This document shows, one piece after another, positions 1 through 15,000 of a DNA stretch of 64,000 nt (the first letter of the stretch is position 1; each line of letters opens with the position of its first letter). Location: positions 341,146 to 405,145 of the forward strand of contig JBHGNT010000028.1 in assembly GCA_043228905.1 (NCBI GenBank), read 5' to 3'. The position numbers and the translations under genes were made by a program. The notes beneath the pieces were generated by a model, which was not told the DNA's origin, made no database searches, and was given only the letters and a program-made list of their open reading frames with translations. The DNA is from Azolla caroliniana (lineage: Eukaryota; Plantae; Polypodiophyta).

Positions 1-3000
1 CATATCGTAGCTAGCGTTGTTAGCTTCAATTCGCATGTTTGAACACAAAAATCCGATATCACACTCGCCAGATATGAACATTTTAATTTACCTACTAGCT
101 CTTCCCAACTCCCTCCTCATGTTGCTAATTTCGTGATGTCTCTCGACCTGAGTTTCAAAATCTTGATTTTGTTAATTCCATATCATAGCTAGCGTTGTTA
201 GCTTCGATTGGCATGTTTGAACACAAACATCCGATATCACACGAGCCAGGTATGATCATTTTAATTTACTCAAGGGCTCTTCTCAACTCCCTCGTCAAGG
301 TTGCTAATTTCGTCATGTCTCTCGACCTGAGTTTCAAAATCTTGATTTTTTAATTCCATATCATATCTAGCGTTGTTAGCTTCGATTCGCATGTTTGAAC
401 ACAAAAAACCGATATCACACTCACCAGATATGAACATTTTAATTTACCTACTAGCTCTTCCCAACTCACTCCTCATGTTGCTAATTTCGTCATGTCTCTC
501 GACCTGAGTTTCAAAATCTTGATTTTTTAATTCCATATCATAGCTACCGTTGTTAGCTTCCATTCGCATGTTTGAACACAAAAAACCGATATCACACTCA
601 CCAGATATGAACATTTTAATTTACCTACTAGCTCTTCCCAACTCACTCCTCATGTTGCTAATTTCGTCATGTCTCTCGACCTGAGTTTCAAAATCTTGAT
701 TTTTTAATTCCATATCATAGCTACCGTTGTTAGCTTCCATTCGCATCTTTGAACACAAAAAACCGATATCACACTCACCAGATATGAACATTTTAATTTA
801 CCTACTAGCTCTTCCCAACTCACTCCTCATGTTGCTAATTTCGTCATGTCTCTCGACCTGAGTTTCAAAATCTTGATTTTTTAATTCCATATCATAGCTA
901 GCGTTGTAAGCTTCGATTCACATGTTTGAACACAAAAATCCGATATCACACTAGCCAGGTATGAACATTTTAATTTACCTACTAGATCTTCCCAACTCCC
1001 TCCTCATGTTGCTAATTTCGTGATGTCTCTCGACCTGAGTTTCAAAATCTTGATTTTGTTAATTCCATATCATAGCTAGCGTTGTAAGCTTGGATTCACA
1101 TGTTTGAACACAAAAATCCGATATCACACTCGCCAGTTATGAACATTTTAATTTACCTACTAGCTCTTCCCAACTCCCTCCTCATGTTGCTAATTTCGTG
1201 ATGTCTCTCGACCTGAGTTTCAAAATCTTAATTTTTTAATTCCATATCGTAGCTAGCGTTGTTAGCTTCGATTCACATGTTTGAACACAAAAATCCGATA
1301 TCACACGAGCCAGGTATGAAAATTTTAATTTACTCAAGGGCTCCTCTCAACTCCCTGCTCATGTTTGCTAATTTCGTCATGTCTCTCGACGTGAGTTTCA
1401 AAATCTTGATTTTTTAATTCCATATCATAGCTAGCGTTGTTAGCTTCGATTCGCATGTTTGAACACAAAAATCCGATATCACACTCGCCAGATATGAACA
1501 TTTTAATTTACCTAGCAGCTCTTCCCAACTCACTCCTCAAATTTGCTAATTTCGTCATGTCTCTCGACCTGCGTTTCAAAATCTTCATTTTTTAATTCCA
1601 TATCATAGCTACCGTTGTGAGCTTCCATTCGCATGTTTGAACACAAAAAACCGATATCACACTCACCAGATATGAACATTTTAATTTACCTACTAGCTCT
1701 TCCCAACTCCCTCCTCATGTTGCTAATTTCGTGATGTCTCTCGACCTGAGTTTCAAAATCTTGATTTTGTTAATTCCATATCATAGCTAGCGTTGTTAGC
1801 TTCAATTCACATGTTTGAACACAAAAATCCGATATCACACTCGCCAGATATGAACATTTTAATTTACCTACTAGCTCTTCCCAACTACCTGCTCATGTTG
1901 CTAATTTCGTCATGTCTCTCGACCTGAGTTTCAAAATCTTGATTTTTTAATTCCATATCGTAGCTAGCGTTGTTAGCTTCAATTCGCATGTTTGAACACA
2001 AAAATCCGATATCACACTCGCCAGATATGAACATTTTAATTTACCTACTAGCTCTTCCCAACTCCCTCCTCATGTTGCTAATTTCGTGATGTCTCTCGAC
2101 CTGAGTTTCAAAATCTTGATTTTGTTAATTCCATATCATAGCTAGCGTTGTTAGCTTCGATTGGCATGTTTGAACACAAACATCCGATATCACACGAGCC
2201 AGGTATGATCATTTTAATTTACTCAAGGGCTCTTCTCAACTCCCTCGTCAAGGTTGCTAATTTCGTCATGTCTCTCGACCTGAGTTTCAAAATCTTGATT
2301 TTTTAATTCCATATCATATCTAGCGTTGTTAGCTTCGATTCGCATGTTTGAACACAAAAAACCGATATCACACTCACCAGATATGAACATTTTAATTTAC
2401 CTACTAGCTCTTCCCAACTCACTCCTCATGTTGCTAATTTCGTCATGTCTCTCGACCTGAGTTTCAAAATCTTGATTTTTTAATTCCATATCATAGCTAC
2501 CGTTGTTAGCTTCCATTCGCATCTTTGAACACAAAAAACCGATATCACACTCACCAGATATGAACATTTTAATTTACCTACTAGCTCTTCCCAACTCACT
2601 CCTCATGTTGCTAATTTCGTCATGTCTCTCGACCTGAGTTTCAAAATCTTGATTTTTTAATTCCATATCATAGCTAGCGTTGTAAGCTTCGATTCACATG
2701 TTTGAACACAAAAATCCGATATCACACTAGCCAGGTATGAACATTTTAATTTACCTACTAGATCTTCCCAACTCCCTCCTCATGTTGCTAATTTCGTGAT
2801 GTCTCTCGACCTGAGTTTCAAAATCTTGATTTTGTTAATTCCATATCATAGCTAGCGTTGTAAGCTTGGATTCACATGTTTGAACACAAAAATCCGATAT
2901 CACACTCGCCAGTTATGAACATTTTAATTTACCTACTAGCTCTTCCCAACTCCCTCCTCATGTTGCTAATTTCGTGATGTCTCTCGACCTGAGTTTCAAA

Positions 3001-6000
3001 ATCTTAATTTTTTAATTCCATATCGTAGCTAGCGTTGTTAGCTTCGATTCACATGTTTGAACACAAAAATCCGATATCACACGAGCCAGGTATGAACATT
3101 TTAATTTACTCAAGGGCTCCTCTCAACTCCCTGCTCATGTTTGCTAATTTCGTCATGTCTCTCGACGTGAGTTTCAAAATCTTGATTTTTTAATTCCATA
3201 TCATAGCTAGCGTTGTTAGCTTCGATTCGCATGTTTGAACACAAAAATCCGATATCACACTCGCCAGATATGAACATTTTAATTTACCTAGCAGCTCTTC
3301 CCAACTCACTCCTCAAATTTGCTAATTTCGTCATGTCTCTCGACCTGCGTTTCAAAATCTTCATTTTTTAATTCCATATCATAGCTACCGTTGTGAGCTT
3401 CCATTCGCATGTTTGAACACAAAAAACCGATATCACACTCACCAGATATGAACATTTTAATTTACCTACTAGCTCTTCCCAACTCCCTCCTCATGTTGCT
3501 AATTTCGTGATGTCTCTCGACCTGAGTTTCAAAATCTTGATTTTGTTAATTCCATATCATAGCTAGCGTTGTTAGCTTCAATTCACATGTTTGAACACAA
3601 AAATCCGATATCACACTCGCCAGATATGAACATTTTAATTTACCTACTAGCTCTTCCCAACTACCTGCTCATGTTGCTAATTTCGTCATGTCTCTCGACC
3701 TGAGTTTCAAAATCTTGATTTTTTAATTCCATATCGTAGCTAGCGTTGTTAGCTTCAATTCGCATGTTTGAACACAAAAATCCGATATCACACTCGCCAG
3801 ATATGAACATTTTAATTTACCTACTAGCTCTTCCCAACTCCCTCCTCATGTTGCTAATTTCGTGATGTCTCTCGACCTGAGTTTCAAAATCTTGATTTTG
3901 TTAATTCCATATCATAGCTAGCGTTGTTAGCTTCGATTGGCATGTTTGAACACAAACATCCGATATCACACGAGCCAGGTATGATCATTTTAATTTACTC
4001 AAGGGCTCTTCTCAACTCCCTCGTCAAGGTTGCTAATTTCGTCATGTCTCTCGACCTGAGTTTCAAAATCTTGATTTTTTAATTCCATATCATATCTAGC
4101 GTTGTTAGCTTCGATTCGCATGTTTGAACACAAAAAACCGATATCACACTCACCAGATATGAACATTTTAATTTACCTACTAGCTCTTCCCAACTCACTC
4201 CTCATGTTGCTAATTTCGTCATGTCTCTCGACCTGAGTTTCAAAATCTTGATTTTTTAATTCCATATCATAGCTACCGTTGTTAGCTTCCATTCGCATCT
4301 TTGAACACAAAAAACCGATATCACACTCACCAGATATGAACATTTTAATTTACCTACTAGCTCTTCCCAACTCACTCCTCATGTTGCTAATTTCGTCATG
4401 TCTCTCGACCTGAGTTTCAAAATCTTGATTTTTTAATTCCATATCATAGCTAGCGTTGTAAGCTTCGATTCACATGTTTGAACACAAAAATCCGATATCA
4501 CACTCGCCAGGTATGAACATTTTAATTTACCTACTAGATCTTCCCAACTCCCTCCTCATGTTGCTAATTTCGTGATGTCTCTCGACCTGAGTTTCAAAAT
4601 CTTGATTTTGTTAATTCCATATCATAGCTAGCGTTGTAAGCTTGGATTCACATGTTTGAACACAAAAATCCGATATCACACTCGCCAGTTATGAACATTT
4701 TAATTTACCTACTAGCTCTTCCCAACTCCCTCCTCATGTTGCTAATTTCGTGATGTCTCTCGACCTGAGTTTCAAAATCTTGATTTTGTTAATTCCATAT
4801 CATAGCTAGCGTTGTTAGCTTCGATTCACATGTTTGAACACAAAAATCCGATATCACACTCGCCAGATATGAACATTTTAATTTACCTACTAGCTCTTCC
4901 CAACTACCTGCTCATGTTGCTAATTTCGTCATGTCTCTCGACCTGAGTTTCAAAATCTTGATTTTTTAATTCCATATCATAGCTAGCGTTGTTAGCTTCG
5001 ATTCGCATGTTTGAACACAAAAATCCGATATCACACTCGCCAGATATGAACATTTTAATTTACCTACTAGCTCTTCCCAACTCACTCCTCATGTTGCTAA
5101 TTTCGTCATGTCTCAGGACCTGAGTTTCAAAATCTTGATTTTTTAATTCCATATCATAGCTAGCGTTGTAAGCTTCGATTCACATGTTTGAACACAAAAA
5201 TCCGATATGACACTCGCCAGTTATGAACATTTTAATTTACCTAGTAGCTCTTCCCAACTCCCTCCTCATGTTGCTAATTTCGTCATGTCTCTCGACCTGA
5301 GTTTCAAAATCTTTATTTTTTAATTCCATATCATAGCTAGCGTTGTAAGCTTCGATTCACATGTTTGAACACAAAAATCCGATATGACACTCGCCAGTTA
5401 TGAACATTTTAATTTACCTAGTAGCTCTTCCCAACTCCCTCCTCATGTTGCTAATTTCGTCATGTCTCTCGACCTGAGTTTCAAAATCTTGATTTTGTTA
5501 ATTCCATATCATAGCTAGCGTTGTTAGCTTCGATTGGCATGTTTGAACACAAAAATCCGATATCACACGTGCCAGGTATGATCATTTTAATTTACTCAAG
5601 GGCTCTTCTCAACTCCCTCGTCAAGGTTGCTAAATTCGTCATGTCTCTCGACCTGAGTTTCAAAATCTTGATTTTTTCATTCCATATCATAGCTAGCGTT
5701 GTTAGCTTCGATTCGCATGTTTGAACACAAAAAACCGATATCACACTCACCAGATATGAACATTTTAATTTACCTAGCAGCTCTTCCCAACTCACTCCTC
5801 AAATTTGGGAATTTCGTCATATCTCTCGACCTGAGTTTCAAAATCTTGATTTTTTAATTCCATATCATAGCTAGCGTTGTTAGCTTCGATTCGCATGTTT
5901 GAACACAAAAATCCGATATCACACTCGCCAGATATGAACATTTTAATTTACCTAGCAGCTCTTCCCAACTCACTCCTCAAATTTGCTAATTTCGTCATGT

Positions 6001-9000
6001 CTCTCGACCTGCGTTTCAAAATCTTCATTTTTTAATTCCATATCATAGCTACCGTTGTGAGCTTCCATTCGCATGTTTGAACACAAAAAACCGATATCAC
6101 ACTCACCAGATATGAACATTTTAATTTACCTACTAGCTCTTCCCAACTCCCTCCTCATGTTGCTAATTTCGTGATGTCTCTCGACCTGAGTTTCAAAATC
6201 TTGATTTTGTTAATTCCATATCATAGCTAGCGTTGTTAGCTTCAATTCACATGTTTGAACACAAAAATCCGATATCACACTCGCCAGATATGAACATTTT
6301 AATTTACCTACTAGCTCTTCCCAACTACCTGCTCATGTTGCTAATTTCGTCATGTCTCTCGACCTGAGTTTCAAAATCTTGATTTTTTAATTCCATATCG
6401 TAGCTAGCGTTGTTAGCTTCAATTCGCATGTTTGAACACAAAAATCCGATATCACACTCGCCAGATATGAACATTTTAATTTACCTACTAGCTCTTCCCA
6501 ACTCCCTCCTCATGTTGCTAATTTCCTGATGTCTCTCGACCTGAGTTTCAAAATCTTGATTTTGTTAATTCCATATCATAGCTAGCGTTGTTAGCTTCGA
6601 TTGGCATGTTTGAACACAAACATCCGATATCACACGAGCCAGGTATGATCATTTTAATTTACTCAAGGGCTCTTCTCAACTCCCTCGTCAAGGTTGCTAA
6701 TTTCGTCATGTCTCTCGACCTGAGTTTCAAAATCTTGATTTTTTCATTCCATATCATAGCTAGCGTTGTTAGCTTCGATTCGCATGTTTGAACACAAAAA
6801 ACCGATATCACACTCACCAGATATGAACATTTTAATTTACCTACTAGCTCTTCCCAACTCACTCCTCATGTTGCTAATTTCGTCATGTCTCTCGACCTGA
6901 GTTTCAAAATCTTGTTTTTTTAATTCCATATCATAGCTAGCGTTGTAAGCTTCGATTCACATGTTTGAACACAAAAATCCGATATCACACTCGCCAGTTA
7001 TGAACATTTTAATTTACCTACTAGCTCTTTCCAACTCCCTCCTCATGTTGCTAATTTCGTGATGTCTCTCGACCTGAGTTTCAAAATCTTGATTTTTTCA
7101 TTCCATATCATAGCTAGCGTTGTTAGCTTCGATTCGCATGTTTGAACACAAAAAACCCATATCACACTCACCAGATATGAACATTTTAATTTACCTAGCA
7201 GCTCTTCCCAACTCACTCCTCAAATTTGCTAATTTCGTCATGTCTCTCGACCTGCGTTTCAAAATCTTCGTTTTTTAATTCCATATCATAGCTACTGTTG
7301 TGAGCTTCCATTCGCATGTTTGAACACAAAAACCGATATCACACTCACCAGATATGAACATTTTAATTTACCTACTAGCTCTTCCCAACTCCCTCCTCAT
7401 GTTGCTAATTTCGTGATGTCTCTCGACCTGAGTTTCAAAATCTTGATTTTGTTAATTCCATATCATAGCTAGCGTTGTTAGCTTCAATTCACATGTTTGA
7501 ACACAAAAATCCGATATCACACTCGCCAGATATGAACATTTTAATTTACCTACTAGCTCTTCCCAACTACCTGCTCATGTTGCTAATTTCGTCATGTCTC
7601 TCGACGTGAGTTTCAAAATCTTGATTTTTTAATTCCATATCGTAGCTAGCGTTGTTAGCTTCAATTCGCATGTTTGAACACAAAAATCCGATATCACACT
7701 CGCCAGATATGAACATTTTAATTTACCTACTAGCTCTTCCCAACTCCCTCCTCATGTTGCTAATTTCGTGATGTCTCTCGACCTGAGTTTCAAAATCTTG
7801 ATTTTGTTAATTTCATATCATAGCTAGCGTTGTTAGCTTCGATTGGCATGTTTGAACACAAAAATCCGATATCACACGAGCCAGGTATGATCATTTTAAT
7901 TTACTCAAGGGCTCTTCTCAACTCCCTCGTCAAGGTTGCTAATTTCGTCATGTCTCTCGACCTGAGTTTCAAAATCTTGATTTTGTTAATTCCATATCAT
8001 AGCTAGCGTTGTAAGCTTGGATTCACATGTTTGAACACAAAAATCCGATATCACACTCGCCAGTTATGAACATTTTAATTTACCTACTAGCTCTTCCCAA
8101 CTCCCTCCTCATGTTGCTAATTTCGTGATGTCTCTCGACCTGAGTTTCAAAATCTTAATTTTTTAATTCCATATCGTAGCTAGCGTTGTTAGCTTCGATT
8201 CACATGTTTGAACACAAAAATCCGATATCACACGAGCCAGGTATGAAAATTTTAATTTACTCAAGGGCTCCTCTCAACTCCCTGCTCATGTTTGCTAATT
8301 TCGTCATGTCTCTCGACGTGAGTTTCAAAATCTTGATTTTTTAATTCCATATCATAGCTAGCGTTGTTAGCTTCGATTCGCATGTTTGAACACAAAAATC
8401 CGATATCACACTCGCCAGATATGAACATTTTAATTTACCTAGCAGCTCTTCCCAACTCACTCCTCAAATTTGCTAATTTCGTCATGTCTCTCGACCTGCG
8501 TTTCAAAATCTTCATTTTTTAATTCCATATCATAGCTACCGTTGTGAGCTTCCATTCGCATGTTTGAACACAAAAAACCGATATCACACTCACCAGATAT
8601 GAACATTTTAATTTACCTACTAGCTCTTCCCAACTCCCTCCTCATGTTGCTAATTTCGTGATGTCTCTCGACCTGAGTTTCAAAATCTTGATTTTGTTAA
8701 TTCCATATCATAGCTAGCGTTGTTAGCTTCAATTCACATGTTTGAACACAAAAATCCGATATCACACTCGCCAGATATGAACATTTTAATTTACCTACTA
8801 GCTCTTCCCAACTACCTGCTCATGTTGCTAATTTCGTCATGTCTCTCGACCTGAGTTTCAAAATCTTGATTTTTTAATTCCATATCGTAGCTAGCGTTGT
8901 TAGCTTCAATTCGCATGTTTGAACACAAAAATCCGATATCACACTCGCCAGATATGAACATTTTAATTTACCTACTAGCTCTTCCCAACTCCCTCCTCAT

Positions 9001-12000
9001 GTTGCTAATTTCGTGATGTCTCTCGACCTGAGTTTCAAAATCTTGATTTTGTTAATTCCATATCATAGCTAGCGTTGTTAGCTTCGATTGGCATGTTTGA
9101 ACACAAACATCCGATATCACACGAGCCAGGTATGATCATTTTAATTTACTCAAGGGCTCTTCTCAACTCCCTCGTCAAGGTTGCTAATTTCGTCATGTCT
9201 CTCGACCTGAGTTTCAAAATCTTGATTTTTTAATTCCATATCATATCTAGCGTTGTTAGCTTCGATTCGCATGTTTGAACACAAAAAACCGATATCACAC
9301 TCACCAGATATGAACATTTTAATTTACCTACTAGCTCTTCCCAACTCACTCCTCATGTTGCTAATTTCGTCATGTCTCTCGACCTGAGTTTCAAAATCTT
9401 GATTTTTTAATTCCATATCATAGCTACCGTTGTTAGCTTCCATTCGCATCTTTGAACACAAAAAACCGATATCACACTCACCAGATATGAACATTTTAAT
9501 TTACCTACTAGCTCTTCCCAACTCACTCCTCATGTTGCTAATTTCGTCATGTCTCTCGACCTGAGTTTCAAAATCTTGATTTTTTAATTCCATATCATAG
9601 CTAGCGTTGTAAGCTTCGATTCACATGTTTGAACACAAAAATCCGATATCACACTAGCCAGGTATGAACATTTTAATTTACCTACTAGATCTTCCCAACT
9701 CCCTCCTCATGTTGCTAATTTCGTGATGTCTCTCGACCTGAGTTTCAAAATCTTGATTTTGTTAATTCCATATCATAGCTAGCGTTGTAAGCTTGGATTC
9801 ACATGTTTGAACACAAAAATCCGATATCACACTCGCCAGTTATGAACATTTTAATTTACCTACTAGCTCTTCCCAACTCCCTCCTCATGTTGCTAATTTC
9901 GTGATGTCTCTCGACCTGAGTTTCAAAATCTTAATTTTTTAATTCCATATCGTAGCTAGCGTTGTTAGCTTCGATTCACATGTTTGAACACAAAAATCCG
10001 ATATCACACGAGCCAGGTATGAACATTTTAATTTACTCAAGGGCTCCTCTCAACTCCCTGCTCATGTTTGCTAATTTCGTCATGTCTCTCGACGTGAGTT
10101 TCAAAATCTTGATTTTTTAATTCCATATCATAGCTAGCGTTGTTAGCTTCGATTCGCATGTTTGAACACAAAAATCCGATATCACACTCGCCAGATATGA
10201 ACATTTTAATTTACCTAGCAGCTCTTCCCAACTCACTCCTCAAATTTGCTAATTTCGTCATGTCTCTCGACCTGCGTTTCAAAATCTTCATTTTTTAATT
10301 CCATATCATAGCTACCGTTGTGAGCTTCCATTCGCATGTTTGAACACAAAAAACCGATATCACACTCACCAGATATGAACATTTTAATTTACCTACTAGC
10401 TCTTCCCAACTCCCTCCTCATGTTGCTAATTTCGTGATGTCTCTCGACCTGAGTTTCAAAATCTTGATTTTGTTAATTCCATATCATAGCTAGCGTTGTT
10501 AGCTTCAATTCACATGTTTGAACACAAAAATCCGATATCACACTCGCCAGATATGAACATTTTAATTTACCTACTAGCTCTTCCCAACTACCTGCTCATG
10601 TTGCTAATTTCGTCATGTCTCTCGACCTGAGTTTCAAAATCTTGATTTTTTAATTCCATATCGTAGCTAGCGTTGTTAGCTTCAATTCGCATGTTTGAAC
10701 ACAAAAATCCGATATCACACTCGCCAGATATGAACATTTTAATTTACCTACTAGCTCTTCCCAACTACCTGCTCATGTTGCTAATTTCGTCATGTCTCTC
10801 GACCTGAGTTTCAAAATCTTGATTTTTTAATTCCATATCGTAGCTAGCGTTGTTAGCTTCAATTCGCATGTTTGAACACAAAAATCCGATATCACACTCG
10901 CCAGATATGAACATTTTAATTTACCTACTAGCTCTTCCCAACTCCCTCCTCATGTTGCTAATTTCGTGATGTCTCTCGACCTGAGTTTCAAAATCTTGAT
11001 TTTGTTAATTCCATATCATAGCTAGCGTTGTTAGCTTCGATTGGCATGTTTGAACACAAACATCCGATATCACACGAGCCAGGTATGATCATTTTAATTT
11101 ACTCAAGGGCTCTTCTCAACTCCCTCGTCAAGGTTGCTAATTTCGTCATGTCTCTCGACCTGAGTTTCAAAATCTTGATTTTTTAATTCCATATCATATC
11201 TAGCGTTGTTAGCTTCGATTCGCATGTTTGAACACAAAAAACCGATATCACACTCACCAGATATGAACATTTTAATTTACCTACTAGCTCTTCCCAACTC
11301 ACTCCTCATGTTGCTAATTTCGTCATGTCTCTCGACCTGAGTTTCAAAATCTTGATTTTTTAATTCCATATCATATCTAGCGTTGTTAGCTTCGATTCGC
11401 ATGTTTGAACACAAAAAACCGATATCACACTCACCAGATATGAACATTTTAATTTACCTACTAGCTCTTCCCAACTCACTCCTCATGTTGCTAATTTCGT
11501 CATGTCTCTCGACCTGAGTTTCAAAATCTTGATTTTTTAATTCCATATCATAGCTACCGTTGTTAGCTTCCATTCGCATCTTTGAACACAAAAAACCGAT
11601 ATCACACTCACCAGATATGAACATTTTAATTTACCTACTAGCTCTTCCCAACTCACTCCTCATGTTGCTAATTTCGTCATGTCTCTCGACCTGAGTTTCA
11701 AAATCTTGATTTTTTAATTCCATATCATAGCTAGCGTTGTAAGCTTCGATTCACATGTTTGAACACAAAAATCCGATATCACACTAGCCAGGTATGAACA
11801 TTTTAATTTACCTACTAGATCTTCCCAACTCCCTCCTCATGTTGCTAATTTCGTGATGTCTCTCGACCTGAGTTTCAAAATCTTGATTTTGTTAATTCCA
11901 TATCATAGCTAGCGTTGTAAGCTTGGATTCACATGTTTGAACACAAAAATCCGATATCACACTCGCCAGTTATGAACATTTTAATTTACCTACTAGCTCT

Positions 12001-15000
12001 TCCCAACTCCCTCCTCATGTTGCTAATTTCGTGATGTCTCTCGACCTGAGTTTCAAAATCTTAATTTTTTAATTCCATATCGTAGCTAGCGTTGTTAGCT
12101 TCGATTCACATGTTTGAACACAAAAATCCGATATCACACGAGCCAGGTATGAACATTTTAATTTACTCAAGGGCTCCTCTCAACTCCCTGCTCATGTTTG
12201 CTAATTTCGTCATGTCTCTCGACGTGAGTTTCAAAATCTTGATTTTTTAATTCCATATCATAGCTAGCGTTGTTAGCTTCGATTCGCATGTTTGAACACA
12301 AAAATCCGATATCACACTCGCCAGATATGAACATTTTAATTTACCTAGCAGCTCTTCCCAACTCACTCCTCAAATTTGCTAATTTCGTCATGTCTCTCGA
12401 CCTGCGTTTCAAAATCTTCATTTTTTAATTCCATATCATAGCTACCGTTGTGAGCTTCCATTCGCATGTTTGAACACAAAAAACCGATATCACACTCACC
12501 AGATATGAACATTTTAATTTACCTACTAGCTCTTCCCAACTCCCTCCTCATGTTGCTAATTTCGTGATGTCTCTCGACCTGAGTTTCAAAATCTTGATTT
12601 TGTTAATTCCATATCATAGCTAGCGTTGTTAGCTTCAATTCACATGTTTGAACACAAAAATCCGATATCACACTCGCCAGATATGAACATTTTAATTTAC
12701 CTACTAGCTCTTCCCAACTACCTGCTCATGTTGCTAATTTCGTCATGTCTCTCGACCTGAGTTTCAAAATCTTGATTTTTTAATTCCATATCGTAGCTAG
12801 CGTTGTTAGCTTCAATTCGCATGTTTGAACACAAAAATCCGATATCACACTCGCCAGATATGAACATTTTAATTTACCTACTAGCTCTTCCCAACTACCT
12901 GCTCATGTTGCTAATTTCGTCATGTCTCTCGACCTGAGTTTCAAAATCTTGATTTTTTAATTCCATATCGTAGCTAGCGTTGTTAGCTTCAATTCGCATG
13001 TTTGAACACAAAAATCCGATATCACACTCGCCAGATATGAACATTTTAATTTACCTACTAGCTCTTCCCAACTCCCTCCTCATGTTGCTAATTTCGTGAT
13101 GTCTCTCGACCTGAGTTTCAAAATCTTGATTTTGTTAATTCCATATCATAGCTAGCGTTGTTAGCTTCGATTGGCATGTTTGAACACAAACATCCGATAT
13201 CACACGAGCCAGGTATGATCATTTTAATTTACTCAAGGGCTCTTCTCAACTCCCTCGTCAAGGTTGCTAATTTCGTCATGTCTCTCGACCTGAGTTTCAA
13301 AATCTTGATTTTTTAATTCCATATCATATCTAGCGTTGTTAGCTTCGATTCGCATGTTTGAACACAAAAAACCGATATCACACTCACCAGATATGAACAT
13401 TTTAATTTACCTACTAGCTCTTCCCAACTCACTCCTCATGTTGCTAATTTCGTCATGTCTCTCGACCTGAGTTTCAAAATCTTGATTTTTTAATTCCATA
13501 TCATAGCTACCGTTGTTAGCTTCCATTCGCATGTTTGAACACAAAAAACCGATATCACACTCACCAGATATGAACATTTTAATTTACCTACTAGCTCTTC
13601 CCAACTCACTCCTCATGTTGCTAATTTCGTCATGTCTCTCGACCTGAGTTTCAAAATCTTGATTTTTTAATTCCATATCATAGCTACCGTTGTTAGCTTC
13701 CATTCGCATCTTTGAACACAAAAAACCGATATCACACTCACCAGATATGAACATTTTAATTTACCTACTAGCTCTTCCCAACTCACTCCTCATGTTGCTA
13801 ATTTCGTCATGTCTCTCGACCTGAGTTTCAAAATCTTGATTTTTTAATTCCATATCATAGCTAGCGTTGTAAGCTTCGATTCACATGTTTGAACACAAAA
13901 ATCCGATATCACACTAGCCAGGTATGAACATTTTAATTTACCTACTAGATCTTCCCAACTCCCTCCTCATGTTGCTAATTTCGTGATGTCTCTCGACCTG
14001 AGTTTCAAAATCTTGATTTTGTTAATTCCATATCATAGCTAGCGTTGTAAGCTTGGATTCACATGTTTGAACACAAAAATCCGATATCACACTCGCCAGT
14101 TATGAACATTTTAATTTACCTACTAGCTCTTCCCAACTCCCTCCTCATGTTGCTAATTTCGTGATGTCTCTCGACCTGAGTTTCAAAATCTTAATTTTTT
14201 AATTCCATATCGTAGCTAGCGTTGTTAGCTTCGATTCACATGTTTGAACACAAAAATCCGATATCACACGAGCCAGGTATGAAAATTTTAATTTACTCAA
14301 GGGCTCCTCTCAACTCCCTGCTCATGTTTGCTAATTTCGTCATGTCTCTCGACGTGAGTTTCAAAATCTTGATTTTTTAATTCCATATCATAGCTAGCGT
14401 TGTTAGCTTCGATTCACATGTTTGAACACAAAAATCCGATATCACACTCGCCAGATATGAACATTTTAATTTACCTAGCAGCTCTTCCCAACTCACTCCT
14501 CAAATTTGCTAATTTCGTCATGTCTCTCGACCTGCGTTTCAAAATCTTCATTTTTTAATTCCATATCATAGCTACCGTTGTGAGCTTCCATTCGCATGTT
14601 TGAACACAAAAAACCGATATCACACTCACCAGATATGAACATTTTAATTTACCTACTAGCTCTTCCCAACTCCCTCCTCATGTTGCTAATTTCGTGATGT
14701 CTCTCGACCTGAGTTTCAAAATCTTGATTTTGTTAATTCCATATCATAGCTAGCGTTGTTAGCTTCAATTCACATGTTTGAACACAAAAATCCGATATCA
14801 CACTCGCCAGATATGAACATTTTAATTTACCTACTAGCTCTTCCCAACTACCTGCTCATGTTGCTAATTTCGTCATGTCTCTCGACCTGAGTTTCAAAAT
14901 CTTGATTTTTTAATTCCATATCGTAGCTAGCGTTGTTAGCTTCAATTCGCATGTTTGAACACAAAAATCCGATATCACACTCGCCAGATATGAACATTTT

